64,000 nt of DNA from Amoebophrya sp. A120. Its lineage: Eukaryota > Protista > Dinoflagellata. The stretch is from NCBI GenBank assembly GCA_905178155.1, contig CAJINV010000003.1, forward strand, positions 3,503,600 through 3,567,599, in the 5' to 3' direction. Shown one piece after another: positions 32,367 to 44,271 of this stretch. The first letter of the stretch is position 1. Each line of letters starts with the position of its first letter. Position numbers and translations under genes: made by a program. The notes below the pieces were generated by a model. It was not told the origin of the DNA. It saw nothing but the letters and a program-made list of their open reading frames with translations, and ran no database searches.

Positions 32367-33725
32367 TCACTCCTCATCAATGCGGGCGCGCGATATCTTG
32401 AAAATCAGGCACTCTTCCTGCGTGGCACAAGTCTTCAGAAGATGACGCATGCGCCCTGCATCAGTAGAGATGGTACTGAGCGTATTTGTTGTCGCTGGAG
32501 ATGCTGCACATGATGGATTCTGCGAAGATGATGTCGCTTGGAATTCTTTCCCAGCATCTGCCCCCTCCGTAGAAAAAGGCTTCAGCTCCTCGATCCGGTC
32601 GAAATATTTTGGGCGCAGCCGAAGAAACTCCTCGTGTGCTGCCTGGCAGCGCTCCTGCACACACAGGTAGACGTCGGTACTGCGCACCGAATACGCGAAC
32701 ATCGTTTTCAGCAGCGGCTCTACCAGTTTTTTGTCAAAAATGACGTCCGTCGCGACAATGTACTGAAAGCGTGTGTCTGGTTCCGTAGGGTTCTTTTGTG
32801 TCTTCAGCCAGTCCACCTGTTTACAAGCGGCGAGATTTTCAGTACGATGCTGGTCGTCTTTTGCTTTATTTGCGGCAACGTTCTTTGTCAAGTTCTCCAT
32901 GGCAGGCTCGTACTCAGTAAGGAGCACCTCTGCCTCTGGGAACAGCTTTGCGAGAGCGAGTCCTAAAAATCCGCAGCCCGATCCCAACTCGAGGATGGTC
33001 TGCGGAAAGTCCGGTCTTGCGAACTTCCTCCGCGCCTTTTTGTCGTACATGGGGCCGTCCGCAGCTCCCGCGCCGGACGGTGACCACCTGTGGCATAAAA
33101 GAAGCGCCAGCAAATAGCTCGTTTCCCAGACAATTCCCCCGGTATGCTGTAAGTTTGGTCGGAGGTCCTGATGAATGTCTAAAAGTATGGGGTTGGATGC
33201 AGCCGCCTTGGGGAAACCTGTCGCTGTTGTTGTGTCATCTGACCTTCCTTGTTGTGCTCCTTCGATATTGATCTTCTTCTTCCCCATTTCTGCATCGCTA
33301 CCAGTTGTCGAGGCATCAGTTTCAAAACATTCCGGAGGAAGAAACATCCGAAGATCTAGGCGCAGTGTCGGGAATTGAGCCAAGTCGCAAAAGATATCGT
33401 GACAGGGCTTCGTCAACTCGAAAAAATCCGTCTTGCCACCAGCAATCTTGGAGCTAGAAATTATCGAGTTTCTCAGGAAAGAAGCCACGTGACAGATCCT
33501 GTTTTCATCTTCGGCACACTCATTTCCGGTCGGGGCACCACAGGCGGGCGGATGTCTCTTACCCTTCGCATTCCCTGTCTTTCTGACGGCGTGATGGCCC
33601 TCGTCCGTCCGGCAAGCTGCGGACTTTTTTTCTCCACAAATCACCCTTCCTTTGCGATCCCTGCCTTCTTTCGCTGCGGCAACCCGACGGGCCTGAAGAA
33701 CTTTTCGTCGCTTCGTCGACGGCAT
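32367..33725 (-). CDS. Protein-lysine methyltransferase, METTL21/Methyltransf_16 family
   Basis: TGGIVWETSYLLA, ILELGSGCGFLGL, LLTEY and IVATDVIFD. Confidence 0.9.
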   Translation of the reverse strand: MPSTKRRKVLQARRVAAAKEGRDRKGRVICGEKKSAACRTDEGHHAVRKTGNAKGKRHPPACGAPTGNECAEDENRICHVASFLRNSIISSSKIAGGKTDFFELTKPCHDIFCDLAQFPTLRLDLRMFLPPECFETDASTTGSDAEMGKKKINIEGAQQGRSDDTTTATGFPKAAASNPILLDIHQDLRPNLQHTGGIVWETSYLLALLLCHRWSPSGAGAADGPMYDKKARRKFARPDFPQTILELGSGCGFLGLALAKLFPEAEVLLTEYEPAMENLTKNVAANKAKDDQHRTENLAACKQVDWLKTQKNPTEPDTRFQYIVATDVIFDKKLVEPLLKTMFAYSVRSTDVYLCVQERCQAAHEEFLRLRPKYFDRIEELKPFSTEGADAGKEFQATSSSQNPSCAASPATTNTLSTISTDAGRMRHLLKTCATQEECLIFKISRARIDEE

Positions 33726-34744
33726 TCTAATATCGTGCTGCTGTGTGGTCGACGTCTAGTGCGCATGTACTACTTTAGATCAATATCTACTCGACTCGTG
33801 TACTTTTGGTCTATCGGCTCCAACATCATCACAACAAGAACATACTGGTTGGGAAACCTTCGATCACAAATATCCATCAACTCGGTCGCTGTCGACTGGA
33901 CGTTCCTTCGCTGTAATTGGACAAATTCGCGCCATTTGGATTTGAGCACAACTACGGTGAACTTATTGGACCGTCATGATCTTGGCGAATTTTTCCCCGT
34001 AATGGTTCTGATCGGTCACTCTTCGCAGGTTGATCATGATTCGCTTTCTTCCTCATACAGTCATTCCATCCTTTCCTTCTAACTCATCCGTGCACGTGCT
34101 ATCGAGGCGCCAGGATCTATAAAATCTTGTTTTATCCGCCGGACCTACAACATCTACATGGGCTACTTCATTAGATCTCAAAGATGCCATTGATATTGAA
34201 TTTTCATCCTTCTCACATCACATCGATGGACATCAACTTGCCTCGAGATCCAGGATGATGAAAGCTTCCAGCAGCTTTGCGCGAGAGGACATCGGACATC
34301 GATTCCTGTCAATGTACAGCACCGGAGGTGCAAGATCTTCGAGCGTCGACACAACTCGTACTTACAGTTCATCAAAATCATCACATTTGCAGCAAACAGA
34401 AACGAGTCGGAGACAGTTTCGACAGGATTCATTTCAGCATCGTGCAGCGGAGCCGAGCATGTGCACGCGCAACGTTCATCCGATCGTTGGAATGGAAATG
34501 CAAATGTTGCAGTTGGCGCTCTACAAAATAAACTACCAGGCCAACTGCAAGTGCAATTTGATTTGGTTCATCATCACTAGCATATGATACATTTTTCATA
34601 CACGCCACTACAATTGCGAACGTCGTAACTACAGTCACACTGTTCACCTCTCATTGTGTTGTAATTGCTCTACCTACTGCTAGTCATAAAAGAAGAAAAC
34701 GAAAAAGTGTTAGTGTTTACACATCTACATTTGTCGGGCCCTTG

Positions 34745-36460
34745 TCATGCTCGATAGCTTAGCAGGGGAGACGCCGGTCCTGCTGCCGTCGTAGGATGCA
34801 ATGCTGTAGGCTGGCGCTGTGTCAGAACCTGCGAAGCTGATATTTGCACTCCGTTTGGCTGCAGATGGTTCAATGACTGAATCTGTGAAGCAGGCGCCTG
34901 AAGATTTCGCTGCAGATTTTGTTGCGAGCTTGAGAAGTACCCTTGTTGCGGCGGTGGAGCTGTGGGTGCGAGAATACGATTAACGAAGGGTGCAGGTGAG
35001 GGCTCAGGCGCACGAATGGCACCAAGCGCACTCTGCACTATCGTCGGCGGGGCAACGCTAGCGCTTCCTGAGTTGTTAGCTCCTGCTACGGGCCATGAAA
35101 GCATACCGCGTCGCGGTCCCAACGCAGCTCTCGGAGAGGAACAACCAGATGCTATGCTAGTCCGCGATGGACGAGCCACGCAGTTCCCTCCGAGTGGGGC
35201 AGAAAAAGACACAGGTGCGGCCTGCACGTGCGCCACAAGAGAGGACGCTGCAGATGAAATCTGCTCCACAGGAACGGGCACGGCAGCTGGTGTTATTCGC
35301 ACATGCGGAACTGGTAGATTACTTTTGTCATGTTGCCTCCGCCGCGGACTACGTGCAACGAGAACGGGCGATGAGACTTCGTGGCCATGTGGTGGGGCGG
35401 CGTGCAACGCATGTAGAAGCTTTTCTTCATAACTTCCCGCATTAGCTGCGAGAAGTGAGCCCGTCCCTCCTTCTTGTTTTCTCGTCGCACCATGGTCCAC
35501 ACCACTCAGCTTCGCGTGTGGCTGCTCGGTCGTCCCAACGGCAGAAGCACCCGTAATCGAACGCCGCACTGATGGCGAATAAATCCTTGTTACAGTGGGG
35601 TGAATTATGCCGGTGCTCGTGATCTGAATTCCGCCAATCCGTGGCTGTGCCACCGCGGACACGCGTCGAACTGGAGAAGCAACCAAGCCCCGCTGCTCGT
35701 GCGACAACGGGATCGAACCTTTGGTCACTAGTACCTGTTGACGCACTCGCGGGGAACCGAGGCCTTGACTCGCGGGGGCAAAAGTGGATCCAGGATTTTG
35801 CTCCGATGAATCCAACACTTCGACACTGGGGTATCGCCGATACTGGGTTGGCACTACGTGAACGCGTTGCCCTCGATGCACCGTGTTCGAGGGAACACTA
35901 CCTTCGGCATGAAGTCTTCTGCCTGTATCGACGGCCGAGGCTTCGTGCGGCTGCGCTGTCGCGCTTCCGGGCGTGACACTGTCCGTCACGTCGTGTTGGA
36001 TGTCTGGATTCTTGGCTCTTTTCGGTGCAGAATCCACGGCACTTCCTCGTGCAGGAGCTGTGCTCCTCTTGCCTTCTTCGTCGTCCCCATTTCCTGTTCC
36101 TGTTGGCAGAATAGAACTACCTGAAGCAGAACCCCTCTCGCGCTGTCTTCCGGGCGGGCGTGGCGTGCCTAGCAGGGGCAAATCAGGCAAAGATCGAATA
36201 TCTCCTGGAACATTGCGCTCCTCGCAAAGGCCGCACGCCTTGGCAGCAGCCAACTCGCCGGCAAGAAGTCGGCGATCTAGCAGTGGTCCACGATCCAATC
36301 TGTAGCAACTAAAACTCTCCCGAGCGTTTGTTGTGCACAAGTCCGCCTCCACCCGCAAGCCAATGACTGGGTGGCACAACTGCACCTGTTGAAGCAGGGC
36401 GCACAGCACGATGCGCCGCGTAACTAGCTGTAGCCGCGGTCGTAGTGGAAGTGGTGACAT
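34745..36460 (-). CDS. Hypothetical low-complexity protein with signal-peptide-like N-terminus
   Basis: 571-aa ORF. RRIVLCALLQQVQLCHPVIG is followed by Ser/Pro/Ala-rich sequence. Confidence 0.6.
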   Translation of the reverse strand: MSPLPLRPRLQLVTRRIVLCALLQQVQLCHPVIGLRVEADLCTTNARESFSCYRLDRGPLLDRRLLAGELAAAKACGLCEERNVPGDIRSLPDLPLLGTPRPPGRQRERGSASGSSILPTGTGNGDDEEGKRSTAPARGSAVDSAPKRAKNPDIQHDVTDSVTPGSATAQPHEASAVDTGRRLHAEGSVPSNTVHRGQRVHVVPTQYRRYPSVEVLDSSEQNPGSTFAPASQGLGSPRVRQQVLVTKGSIPLSHEQRGLVASPVRRVSAVAQPRIGGIQITSTGIIHPTVTRIYSPSVRRSITGASAVGTTEQPHAKLSGVDHGATRKQEGGTGSLLAANAGSYEEKLLHALHAAPPHGHEVSSPVLVARSPRRRQHDKSNLPVPHVRITPAAVPVPVEQISSAASSLVAHVQAAPVSFSAPLGGNCVARPSRTSIASGCSSPRAALGPRRGMLSWPVAGANNSGSASVAPPTIVQSALGAIRAPEPSPAPFVNRILAPTAPPPQQGYFSSSQQNLQRNLQAPASQIQSLNHLQPNGVQISASQVLTQRQPTALHPTTAAGPASPLLSYRA

Positions 36461-36829
36461 TGCGACGCGTGATCAAAACAAAAATTTATCTCAGTGTCAG
36501 TGAACCTCAACTTATTAAGCACCAAATTTGGGCTTCAGCCCTGCTTGTGCTGACGGCATTGCATGCTGTTGCTGCTAGGCCACAGGGTCGCAGACTCAAT
36601 AAAATGATGTCACATTTTTTGTCTCATAAACCCACGCTTTGATAGAAAACTTTTGTCGAACAAGCTCAACACTTGCGCGTTGCGTCATCAGCGCCTGTTT
36701 TCCCACTTCTTCGAACATCGACAGACACGAACCGCGACGGCTTCCGCCAGTCCAACAAGAAAAAGCTGGCTTCTTGCTCTCTCGAATAGAGGCCACGCCT
36801 GTGATAAACAGAAAAGTGAAGACCCGCCA

Positions 36830-38520
36830 CAGGCTCCAAGGAAGGGCCATTGCGCGACGGGGGGTCGCCAACCCAAACGAACAACGAGCACCACGCGCGT
36901 GCAACAAAGCCCCGGGAACAGGACGAAGATCTCAGCCGCACGGCCACCGGGGGGGGCAATGCAAACATAGCGCGCCACCCCAACCAAGTAACCTACGAGG
37001 GCCAAAGCGCCCGGCGCAACGACCCCGCCTGCGGGGCGCATACCCTTTTCGGCCGGGTTCTTATTCTCCCCGCCGGCGGTAATTGCTAGGGGCACCACCG
37101 GGCGGCGCCTGCCCTCGCTCTCTGCGGACTTTGGGCCGCCGGCGGGCTCGCTCCGTCATCGCGCGCGGCCCGCCCCGCGGGCGGCTCTGGCGCGCCTGCC
37201 GTTGGTGGCTGCCCCGGGCCTTCATCGCCCCGCGCCGTTCTTCCTCTCCCAAGCAATTCCGCCGGCACTCACTCTGTAGGAAAGTAACTTGCCCCAGGGC
37301 GGCTCTGTCGCCCGTCCAAGGAACGACAGGCGCGGCGGAAGCCCTGCACGCCGGAGGGGCGGCGGCCCCGCAGGCGCCTGGCCGTACAGGCTCGCGCAAC
37401 CGGCTGAGGCGACCGGCCTGCGTCTACATCGACTCACAACAGGCGGGTCGCTGCTGGGAATATTGACCGCGCTCAGCGGATCCCCCCAAACACCGGGGCG
37501 CGGGTTAGTATATTAAAAATTCTTGAGCCCAAGTGGCTGCGTGGCCCAGGCGAAGCACTCGGGCGAGCGGCGCCGCCCTCGCCCATCGCCACCTAAGGCG
37601 GGCGGGGGGGGGCGCTGCGGGCCCGAGCAAATTTCTCGAAAGCGGGCGGCGTTAGGTGGCCGCGCAAGCTCGCTCCCCACAGGATGAAGGTGCGCCCGAG
37701 GGGGCGGGCCCGGGCGGGGTGCGCCCGGGAGGGCCAAAATAACAATGGAAAACACCCCCGCCAAGCAAGGGGGGCGCCCGCGCCGGGGGGCCAAGCGTCC
37801 TGCCTCCCCGCCCTTCTTTTTCGAAGCGCAGGAAACGCCAAAAGGAGCGGCCTGCCCCCGCAGCCGCCGCCCTAGGCGCCCGCCGCGAAAATAGGCGCCG
37901 GGGCAGCGAGGGCCTGTCGCCAACATTTGCGGCAGCGCCCGAAGCAAGCCGCCCCCCCCGGGCGCAGGGCGGGGGGCCCCCGAATTCGCGGGCCAGTCGC
38001 AGCGAACGCGGTGCGCCCCGCCTGCAGCTCAAACAACGAGCAACATCGGCTCTGTCAACTTATCCCCCGCGTTCCCGATGCTGGTCGGGCGGTAAAAATT
38101 TTGCAGGAACCGCGCCGCGCCTTGCCTGGTGTGCTTGTAGAAAAGCGCCGCCATGTAGTCCTGTGTCCGCGTCGGCGGGCCCTCGAAGCTGCTGGCGCTC
38201 GCGCTGGCGCGCGCGCAGATCCAAGAAGGCGCCGCGCGCGGCCGGGCGGCAGGGAGGCTGCACGAACAAGAAAGGCTGGCCAGGAGCGGAGGGCTCTTCC
38301 ACCACAATAGCCGCGACTGCTTCCTGCCGCTTTGCCTGCAGAGACTCCTGGGCGCCCCCCCCATCCTGCGCCCTCGGGAATTCGGCTCCCCTGCCTCCTT
38401 TCCCGATTCAGGTATGGCGTTTCGGATGCGTTGCGCTTCATGCCCCAGTGGCTCCAGCAACCGCGCAGCGGCGGACCCAGAGAGACCCGACAACCCGCCG
38501 GCAGTTCTCCGCCAAATTTC
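36830..38520. mobile_element. GC-rich island, probable degenerate repeat or mobile element
   Basis: Abrupt rise in GC with long G/C runs and only short broken ORFs in all frames, lying between two host genes. Ends not defined. Confidence 0.45.
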
Positions 38521-38661
38521 CTCGACGCGAAAAGGGTCGCGCTGCGCAATGGATCACGACAAGAAACTCACAAGAGCTCGCCTTTCAAATTGAGGATCCC
38601 ATTGAACGCTACTGGCCGGAAGTCCGCAACGTTTACACAGGGTGCTTGATGAGCCGTTGCC

Positions 38662-40332
38662 TCAGCGCAACAGAACACAAAGTGCCAACGCTCGGCAGAA
38701 TAGATACACACCAGAAAACTTGGCGCGTCTTTCAATGATCTTTCTTTGGGGAAATGTGGCGGCAGTGCTTTCTTCAATTTTGTTTTTTATGCTGCAAGTC
38801 TCCACACACAAACTCGCTGAGTTCTGGATTTCTGAGCTGACAAGGTAAATCCACTCGTCCCGAGTGGCATCCAAAATTTCTTTCATGTCCTCTGCAAACT
38901 GCTTTTTTGACAACAGCGCTACTCCTTTGTGCAACAAGTAATCCACTGTCACGCCGGCAAAAACGCCAACGGGTCCGCCCGCAACAGTCGCCACGATGCC
39001 GCCAGCGCCAACACTTCCTCCGGCTGAAAGGACTTTTGTCAGGAATGGAGCAGCTAGTTTTCCGAAAAACGTTTTAGAAAGCACCGTTGTCGTCAGGCCG
39101 CTTTTGAGCACTACTGCGGTTCCCGTCCCGATAGCCTTTCCCAGAGCGACTTTCCCCAGAAGGGCGCCAGCGGTGACGATCCCGACCGTTCGGACTGGGG
39201 ACTTTTCGAAGGCGGCCGGGATCTCGCGAATCTTGCCCGTCTGGGCCTGCCAATCCAAAACCACATCGCAAGATGCAGCACCAGCAGCAGCGCTTCTTGT
39301 AGTGGTTGCACTTTTATCTCCTCCTGGGCTCGCGGTCGATGCTGTACTAGGCAAGAGCATTTGCGTACTAGCTGCGGTCGTGTCAGACGAAGCACCTCCT
39401 CCAGCAGCTTGTTCCTGCGCTTGCTGTAACAGAACGAGTTTTCGAAAGAAGATTTCCTCTACTACACTGAATTTTTCTCGCAGCTCCTCCTCCACCTGCC
39501 GGAAAATTTCGTCCTGCACCGCTCGCCGCAGCTTCACATCGACCACTTCCGGCCGCAGCACCAGAAGCTCGTACTGCTTGCGGATGTAGGACTCCAGATC
39601 CTTTTCAATGCCGGCGGAGACCGGCGTTGACGCAGCATCAACTTCCTCGCTTCCCAGGCCGGTGACCGTTCTGGCTGCGGTGCTCACAGAATGCTTGCAC
39701 GCGGAGGACAGCGCCAATGCCATCAGTGTGTAGGTCGTAGAGTATCGGAAGTACCACTCCTCGAAGCGCGGAATGCGCGGATACAAGTCTGTACGCCACA
39801 ACTCCGTGAACACTTTTGCCGTCAGGGTTCTACCTTCCTCCGCAACCTGCTCAGCCGCACTCCGCAGGCCCTCTGCGCGCTCCTGCAACAGGGCTTGGTA
39901 CTCCTCTCCCTCCATTTCGACGCGGAAATCTCGTCGGAGCCTTTCGCCCCACTGCTCCGCCAGTCGGTCCATGCTCTGGAGCTGTATGCGAACCTTGGAG
40001 TGATCCGTGTTCTTGGTGCGATCAGCCGAGTTCGCCGAGCCGGGTCCGAGTCGGCTTGCGGTGTAGTTGCGGAAAACATACAGGCCGCACGTTGTCGTGA
40101 CAAAACCTGCGACTGCCAGTTTGCTACCCGTGAAAAACGACGAACGTTGATTGGTTCTACCAGGGCTTTGCGTTTGCGTTCCATTTTTCCCCGCTTCCCC
40201 GGTGAATGTCCGCACGTGGAATATCGAGCAAATACGCTTGCGGGCTCGATCGGGCGGGTGCGGATTTGTCGATCGCCGACAATAAAATGTCGAGGACTGC
40301 AGTTTCCTGTGGAGACGCACTCGGAGGCACAT
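38662..40332 (-). CDS. Hypothetical membrane/coiled-coil protein with Arg-rich (possibly mitochondrial) presequence
   Basis: 556-aa ORF with a TM segment LAVAGFVTTTCGLYVF, a helical middle and a Gly/Ala-rich hydrophobic C-terminal region. Confidence 0.7.
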   Translation of the reverse strand: MCLRVRLHRKLQSSTFYCRRSTNPHPPDRARKRICSIFHVRTFTGEAGKNGTQTQSPGRTNQRSSFFTGSKLAVAGFVTTTCGLYVFRNYTASRLGPGSANSADRTKNTDHSKVRIQLQSMDRLAEQWGERLRRDFRVEMEGEEYQALLQERAEGLRSAAEQVAEEGRTLTAKVFTELWRTDLYPRIPRFEEWYFRYSTTYTLMALALSSACKHSVSTAARTVTGLGSEEVDAASTPVSAGIEKDLESYIRKQYELLVLRPEVVDVKLRRAVQDEIFRQVEEELREKFSVVEEIFFRKLVLLQQAQEQAAGGGASSDTTAASTQMLLPSTASTASPGGDKSATTTRSAAAGAASCDVVLDWQAQTGKIREIPAAFEKSPVRTVGIVTAGALLGKVALGKAIGTGTAVVLKSGLTTTVLSKTFFGKLAAPFLTKVLSAGGSVGAGGIVATVAGGPVGVFAGVTVDYLLHKGVALLSKKQFAEDMKEILDATRDEWIYLVSSEIQNSASLCVETCSIKNKIEESTAATFPQRKIIERRAKFSGVYLFCRALALCVLLR

Positions 40333-41108
40333 CTTTGATTAATGTTTCGCGCGGCCTAAATACAGGTGAGGCATTGCATCTCGAGGATGGTCAGCACCGC
40401 AATCATTGACACTACAGGCAGGTCCCGAAATCGAAGTAGAAGATGGATATTTACACGGCAAGCTACTCATCACATCTTAAGCACTCACCGTTACATTGGG
40501 GCTAGCACTTCTCATCGGATTCTTTATTGCCAGCTCGTCCTAGTGTCTTCAAGTGGCGCAGGCGCACTCACGTTTTATTGCAGCTACGTCCTCCCGGGAA
40601 CCGACAGACACAAGCGGCACGCTGAGATTCAAAATGAACGCCTAGGCGAGCTCCACCGCCAGCTCGACGCGATTGACTACCGATGATAGCAACCGCTCAA
40701 CGGCGTTTCATCGTACTTGACATTGATTTGCAACTAGCCACCAGCAAGCCACTCACCAAAAGCAAAACAAAGCGAAAGTTTACAGTCAATTACGAACTGC
40801 AAAAGGGCAAGTTCGATAGTACAGTACATTGATGATACACGTGGGAAGAACGAGCATGAATGAATCTACGTAGCAAAAACAAAACTTACAGCTTCCTACG
40901 ACAAACTACTTAATTTTGACAAGAACGCAAGCACAGAATGTTTGTTTCATACATGTAGTTCTTGTGCCGTGAACAACCATGACCATCTATCTACTCTACT
41001 TGGTAGTACATTAATTTTTCTCAGTAGTACAACTCGCACTCACAGATAGTACTTACAACAGGGTCGTTTGTAATGAAAGCATGTGCTTAAAAATCGTCGT
41101 TGGACTTA

Positions 41109-42977
41109 TCACCCCATATCGCTGTCGGAATATCCTTCGAATCCGCTCGTGCCGGAGCTTAGCCTCGGCATCCCGAAACCCATGCGATTTGACGACGTTG
41201 ACATACTATTCTCCCTCTCCCGGTGTGGAGGCACCCCGGAACTATTTGCCTGCGATGGTCAACATGATCATTTTTTTATGCAAGAATGCAAGGAGCACGG
41301 GTCGAATAGTAGTAGAAGAAAGATTCCACCCAATCGCAACTGAATGAATCCTATAAATATCCTTCGTCCGTTCGTACTTTTAGCAAAGGCAAGTGAATCA
41401 AGTGACTTACGTAAGATCCCGCCCGCTGCATGCGACTACTGGGTCCAGGGCTTTGCTCGCCACTGACATCGCGTCGCTTCAGATGGCTGCCCGGACGGTG
41501 ATCCCCCTGCTGCTCGAAGTTATCTCCACGGTGATCGCGCAACGTGGAGTTGGATGACATAGGTCGCTCGCTTCGATGGGAACTCCGCGCACTTTGTCGT
41601 ATGCTCTCTAGGGCACCAGCAGGATCGGTCGTCACATCGTGCACGCAATTCGTACATATCCGCTTCAATAATTGGTCAACCTGCAGCAAAGCATCAAATC
41701 GCGTTTTCAAACGGTTCACGTTTCTAATATCTGTAACGGCATCAAAACGTGCAAGTATGTCGCGCGCATAAAGGCAAGGAATCACTCTCATCGAGTCAAC
41801 AGATTTTCATTTTCTTTCAAAGCTGCAGCGTTTCTTTGTGAAAATAAAAGTACCTGCTGTGGGGAGTTCCCTGCTTCGGCCAGAATGTCTTCTAGACTCG
41901 GAGCGAGCAAGCGGATGCGTAGCACGTCGTCGTTTTTTCCACTGTAGTTGCTACACGATATGCTGAGATCGTAGGACTCGCTTGGTCTTCCGAGTACCAG
42001 ATTGAAACGCATGTTTTTCCCGCTGTTTTCCAGCCGATCCTCGCGGAGAAACACGAGGCTCTCTGAGGAGAACCCAATTTGCCGGACCTGCTTTATCACG
42101 AGGTGGTAGAAAAGTGCTGGCGTTCCTTTCTTTTCTCGTTTTTTCTCTATCAACTTCGCCTGTGCTGGCCCAATCTCGCACACCGCATATACCTGGCGTT
42201 GTACACAACGAGGGAAAAAGTTGTAAAAGTCGGCAACAGCATAGATCGATGCATGACTTTCTTCTATTTGGAAGATTAGATTTTTTGCACGCAGTGGTTG
42301 AAATTACCAACCTAGCATCTACCTAGTAATGCCTGATCACGATGCGGCATATGCAGTTCCGCCGATTCTCTGTCTCTAACAAAAGACTGACAACGGAAAT
42401 TTCGCGTCGCATCCGGTACCTGGTCAGCCTGGTGTATGCCGAAGGAGCAAACCCGGAAGTGCGGCAGCGCGTCTGCCCCCGGCGGCTCGATTTCGAGCAG
42501 CTTTCCTAATTCTTGGCTGCAGCGCAAGTTTGGGTACAGCAGGAGCTTGTCGAAGTATGCCTGCAACTTTCGGAGGCGGCTCTGCACCTGCTGCTCCGTG
42601 TTGAAGAGTGCGTTGGACCACACTTTGGGCGGAAACTCGGGTATGCTCTCCATGTAGGGTCCGAACTTAGCTGCGATTTGCCGATGTGCCTCCTCCATTT
42701 CGGAGTACCGTTTTTTGACCGTCCAGGACGCCAATACCACACTGCGGGACTCATGCACCTCCCCGTCCGGCCCGATCAGTGGCGGCAGGGACCGCACGAC
42801 CTCGCACTTCAGCATGTAGAGGACCGGAGTGCCAAGCTTGTACCGTGTGAACGTGACTTCGAGTCCTATGTTCTCAGAGAGCTGTTCTGGGAGATCCGCT
42901 ACCGTCTTTTGCGCGTCCGACATGATAGCCGAGTTCTTAGCCGTCGAACTACTTGCACCGCCCGTGGAGAACGCCAT
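41109..42977 (-). CDS. PX (phox) domain protein, multi-exon
   Basis: WTVKKRYSEM...IPEFPPK...RLRKLQAYFDKLL is a PX domain. A donor near 42419 and acceptor near 42194 continue into ORFs 41788-42183 and 41351-41791. The 3' end is tentative. Confidence 0.75.
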
Positions 42978-44271
42978 GACACTATGTCTTTCTCTGTTTT
43001 CGATCTGGCTCCGCCTCGGGTTTCAGAAAATGAAATGATACATGCGAAACGAGGACCCTGACGGCGCGGGAACAAGTGCTAAGTTGTTCAAAATCGCCTC
43101 TTAATAGCCCTCATGGAGGGCCTCGGAATCGATTTTGTCTTCAATAAACATTTTCAGTCTATCGGTCTACTTGTACATCTATTTACAACTTTTGTGTCAC
43201 AAGAAATATCCGGACTATGGAAAATCAAAAGTTCGAGTCTCACACCGCCAAATAACATCAGCTCTTCGCGTCGCGCTTCGATGTAGCTATCTAAAGAAGT
43301 TGGTGCCTTCCCTCATCTAGGTGCCAACATCATGTTACACATTTATTAGCGTATTTGTATTTCTGGAGTCGAGAGCGAAAGTAATTTATCCAAATAGTGA
43401 CTCATCTCTTGTTTTGTGAACAAATTGAGCAACCGTAAAATAAGCGAGAGCTCTTTTAGGAACAACATATCTATCAGGACATCTCACTCTGGGACATTTC
43501 TTCAATGAAGTATGCGATCCAAATTTTTCGCTTTATCTTCGATCCGATGTGTCTTTTTCCTCCACTCCATTCGGTGGAGACCAGCTCCCACTCGATTCTT
43601 TGTTCGAGTGCGCACACATTGGGTAAACCCAGAACAATCACGACGAGGCAGGTCTCGAGAACAAAGATCAGCATCACGATGGGGAAATACGGAAGCGTTC
43701 CAGTGCTTTCGCTTCGTTTCCATAGCTGTCCAATTCTTTACAATTGGGTCGAGCGCGATGAAGAAATCGTAATCGATGAAAAATTGCAGTGGATAGGGTC
43801 CAGATACACCCAAAAAAATACAAATGAAGTTCCGCACAAGATTGGCGATCTTGTCGTTTTCACTATGTTTCGACGGTCGCGCAACAGCTACGTTTGTCAC
43901 CGACCGTCCGTTTGAAAGAGCGATGAGTAAGCACTTCGGTTGCATCCACCTATCGGTCAAGTGTACGGCTACGGCGCATGCATCTTTACATTCAGCGCGA
44001 TCCCCGTCATTCGGTCACATACAGCAGAGCTTTGCTGCCATAGTGGCGAGTTTCACTAGATTTCGTATGGTCGTATAAAAGGAGGTTTCTTGGAAACAAC
44101 CGTGATGCAATGACTCGTTAGATGTGGATGATTCTTGTTTGATTCTTCGGATGGATGCCGACTGGCCGTTTATATTCCTATTGCGGAAAGTAGAGACCTG
44201 TCTTCTCTAATTTTTGGGCAAGGTTCGCGACGAACAGGTAGAGGTCTCTTATTTCCAGGTCGAAAGATGAT

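Noticed and set aside
36670-38660. Possible TIR pair bounding the GC island (TCATCAGCGCCTGT vs ACAGGGTGCTTGATGA)
   Set aside because: The match is short and gapped, with no TSD, so it is not distinguishable from chance.
41130-41185. TTCGAATCC T-loop-like motif
   Set aside because: No cloverleaf forms, and it lies in a probable last exon of the PX gene.
43474-43960. Short ORFs on both strands between the PX and kinase genes
   Set aside because: No motif or consistent exon chain could be supported.
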